64,000 bases of DNA from Octopus sinensis. Lineage: Eukaryota. Made by a program: the position numbers and the translations under genes. This document shows, one piece after another, positions 62,528 through 64,000 of this stretch. Where the stretch lies: NCBI RefSeq assembly GCF_006345805.1, contig NC_042999.1:62000001-62064000 (forward strand), written 5' to 3'. The notes under the pieces are model-generated. The model searched no databases, was not told where the DNA came from, and saw nothing but the letters and a program-made list of their open reading frames with translations. How positions within the stretch are numbered: position 1 is the stretch's first letter; each line of letters starts with the position of its first letter.

Positions 62528-63673
62528 CTATAAAAATGAAAGCAAGAGGTGAGAATATGATTTTACAATTCTAATATCAAAAATTTACATACAGATTTTC
62601 ATTTTTACAAACTAATTGTTAATGCTCTAGGCCATGGGTCCTCAACAGGAGTCCATATGACCCTTTAGGGTCCATGCAAGATTTTGTTGTTAAAAATTAT
62701 GTGCAATAATTTGGTTATACTTCCACAATACACAAAATATTTTAACAATTCTTTTAATAGAATTCCTAATAATGTGCTAGCAGGGTGCCAAGAGCACCAT
62801 CCGAGCGTGATTGTTGCCAGAGCAGCCAACAGGCTTCCATACCTGTGGAACGTAAAAGGGCACCATTTTTGTTGTTGTCACTTAAAGCATGTTGAACCCA
62901 TGCTTCATACTTCTGCATATCAAAAGAAAAAATCCTTCTGATATTTTGATCCAATAAATTAAAGTACTAGGATTGATATATAATCAACTCAAAGCCTCTG
63001 AAGGTGATGCCCCAGCATGGCCACAGTTCACTAATCGAAGTCAGTAAAAAGAAATAAAATGAAAGCATTAATTCATTACAACTTACCTACTCTCACATGC
63101 AAACATGCTTACAGACACAAACACACAAACATACACACAAACGCACACACAAACACTCATATATACACACACATATATACATACATGGAGTTTTCTTGAA
63201 TACAATAGTCAAGTAGCTCCTCTTCAGTTTCTGCCTACCAAATTCACTCAAAGCACTGGTTGACCAGGGGTTATAATAGAAGACACTTGCTCTATGTGCC
63301 ACACAGCAAGATTAAACCTGGAAAGCAAGCCTTTCAAACACAGAGAGAGAGTGTGTGTGTGTGTGAGAGAGAGAGAGAGACAGACAGACAGGCAGAGTAG
63401 GAATGTTTACATTCCTAGGCCTTGGATGAAAGCACTGAACAAAAACCAAATATTTGTTGACATTCCCAACCAATAAATCACCCTGTAGTTGTGCTTTCAA
63501 TGACCTGTGGTAAAGAAAGTCAATTACTTGAAAAGCAGATAAGAATTAGAAACATGGACAGCATCTGGTTGCAAAACGATGCCTCAATTGGTACTCATCC
63601 AACAAACACGCCCACAGGCATACATGACATTCATATTTCTGGCTCTATTTTACTTTCTTTACAAACAACTTAC

Positions 63674-63831
63674 CGATTTTTCAAGGCTATTTTTAAAATA
63701 TTGAAGATTAAGCAGAGGGATCATAGATGGACGCCCATGAGCACACTGAAATGGTAGTTTACATTTTAGCAGCATCTGCATCAAATCCTTACATTCCTTC
63801 AGTGTTAAGACCGTACCAAATTTAATGGCAG
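63674..63831 (-). CDS. MLH3: MLH3 (MutL-gamma) penultimate coding exon, C-terminal endonuclease region
   Basis: Acceptor TTTTTTCAG and donor G|GTAAGT bound a 158-nt exon (phase 1 in, phase 0 out): AIKFGTVLTLKECKDLMQMLLKCKLPFQCAHGRPSMIPLLNL. FQCAHGRPS is characteristic of MLH3, whereas PMS2 has WNCPHGRPT. Confidence 0.93.
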
Positions 63832-64000
63832 CTGAAAAGAAAAAAAAAGACAAACAATACAATTTGCGATGCTGTCAAAATTTCAGCAGAGTATATTCTT
63901 GAGAGTAGGGACTCAATCCATACCAGTGATCTTTGCTGGTGCCATGTAAAAGCACCCGTGCCAGTACCATGTAAAAGCACTAATGCAGGTGTCACACCAA

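Overview
AT-rich, microsatellite-saturated metazoan DNA, most likely an octopus (coleoid cephalopod). This assignment is an inference from the SINE, mariner and Penelope complement; no database search was run. The only host protein-coding sequence I can support is the last two coding exons of MLH3 on the minus strand (63674-63831 and 62417-62527), and the final exon encodes an 11-Gln tract. There are two tRNA-Arg(UCG) loci, one intact and one degenerate. The rest is repeats: two decayed Penelope-like elements (PLEs), a deleted Ty3/Gypsy element, a tandem three-LTR non-autonomous retroelement with a tRNA-Trp PBS and 4-bp TSD, mariner derivatives including a 569-bp foldback, non-autonomous Helitrons including a head-to-tail dimer, many tRNA-SINEs, and a 7.2-kb array of a 36-bp hairpin-forming satellite. 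The most interesting signal is about a dozen hammerhead-ribozyme-like motifs in small (TA)n-flanked elements. Two of them have the three core segments in a non-circularly permuted order, and three long foldback hairpins pivot on a hammerhead core. All RNA structures were paired by eye and are untested.
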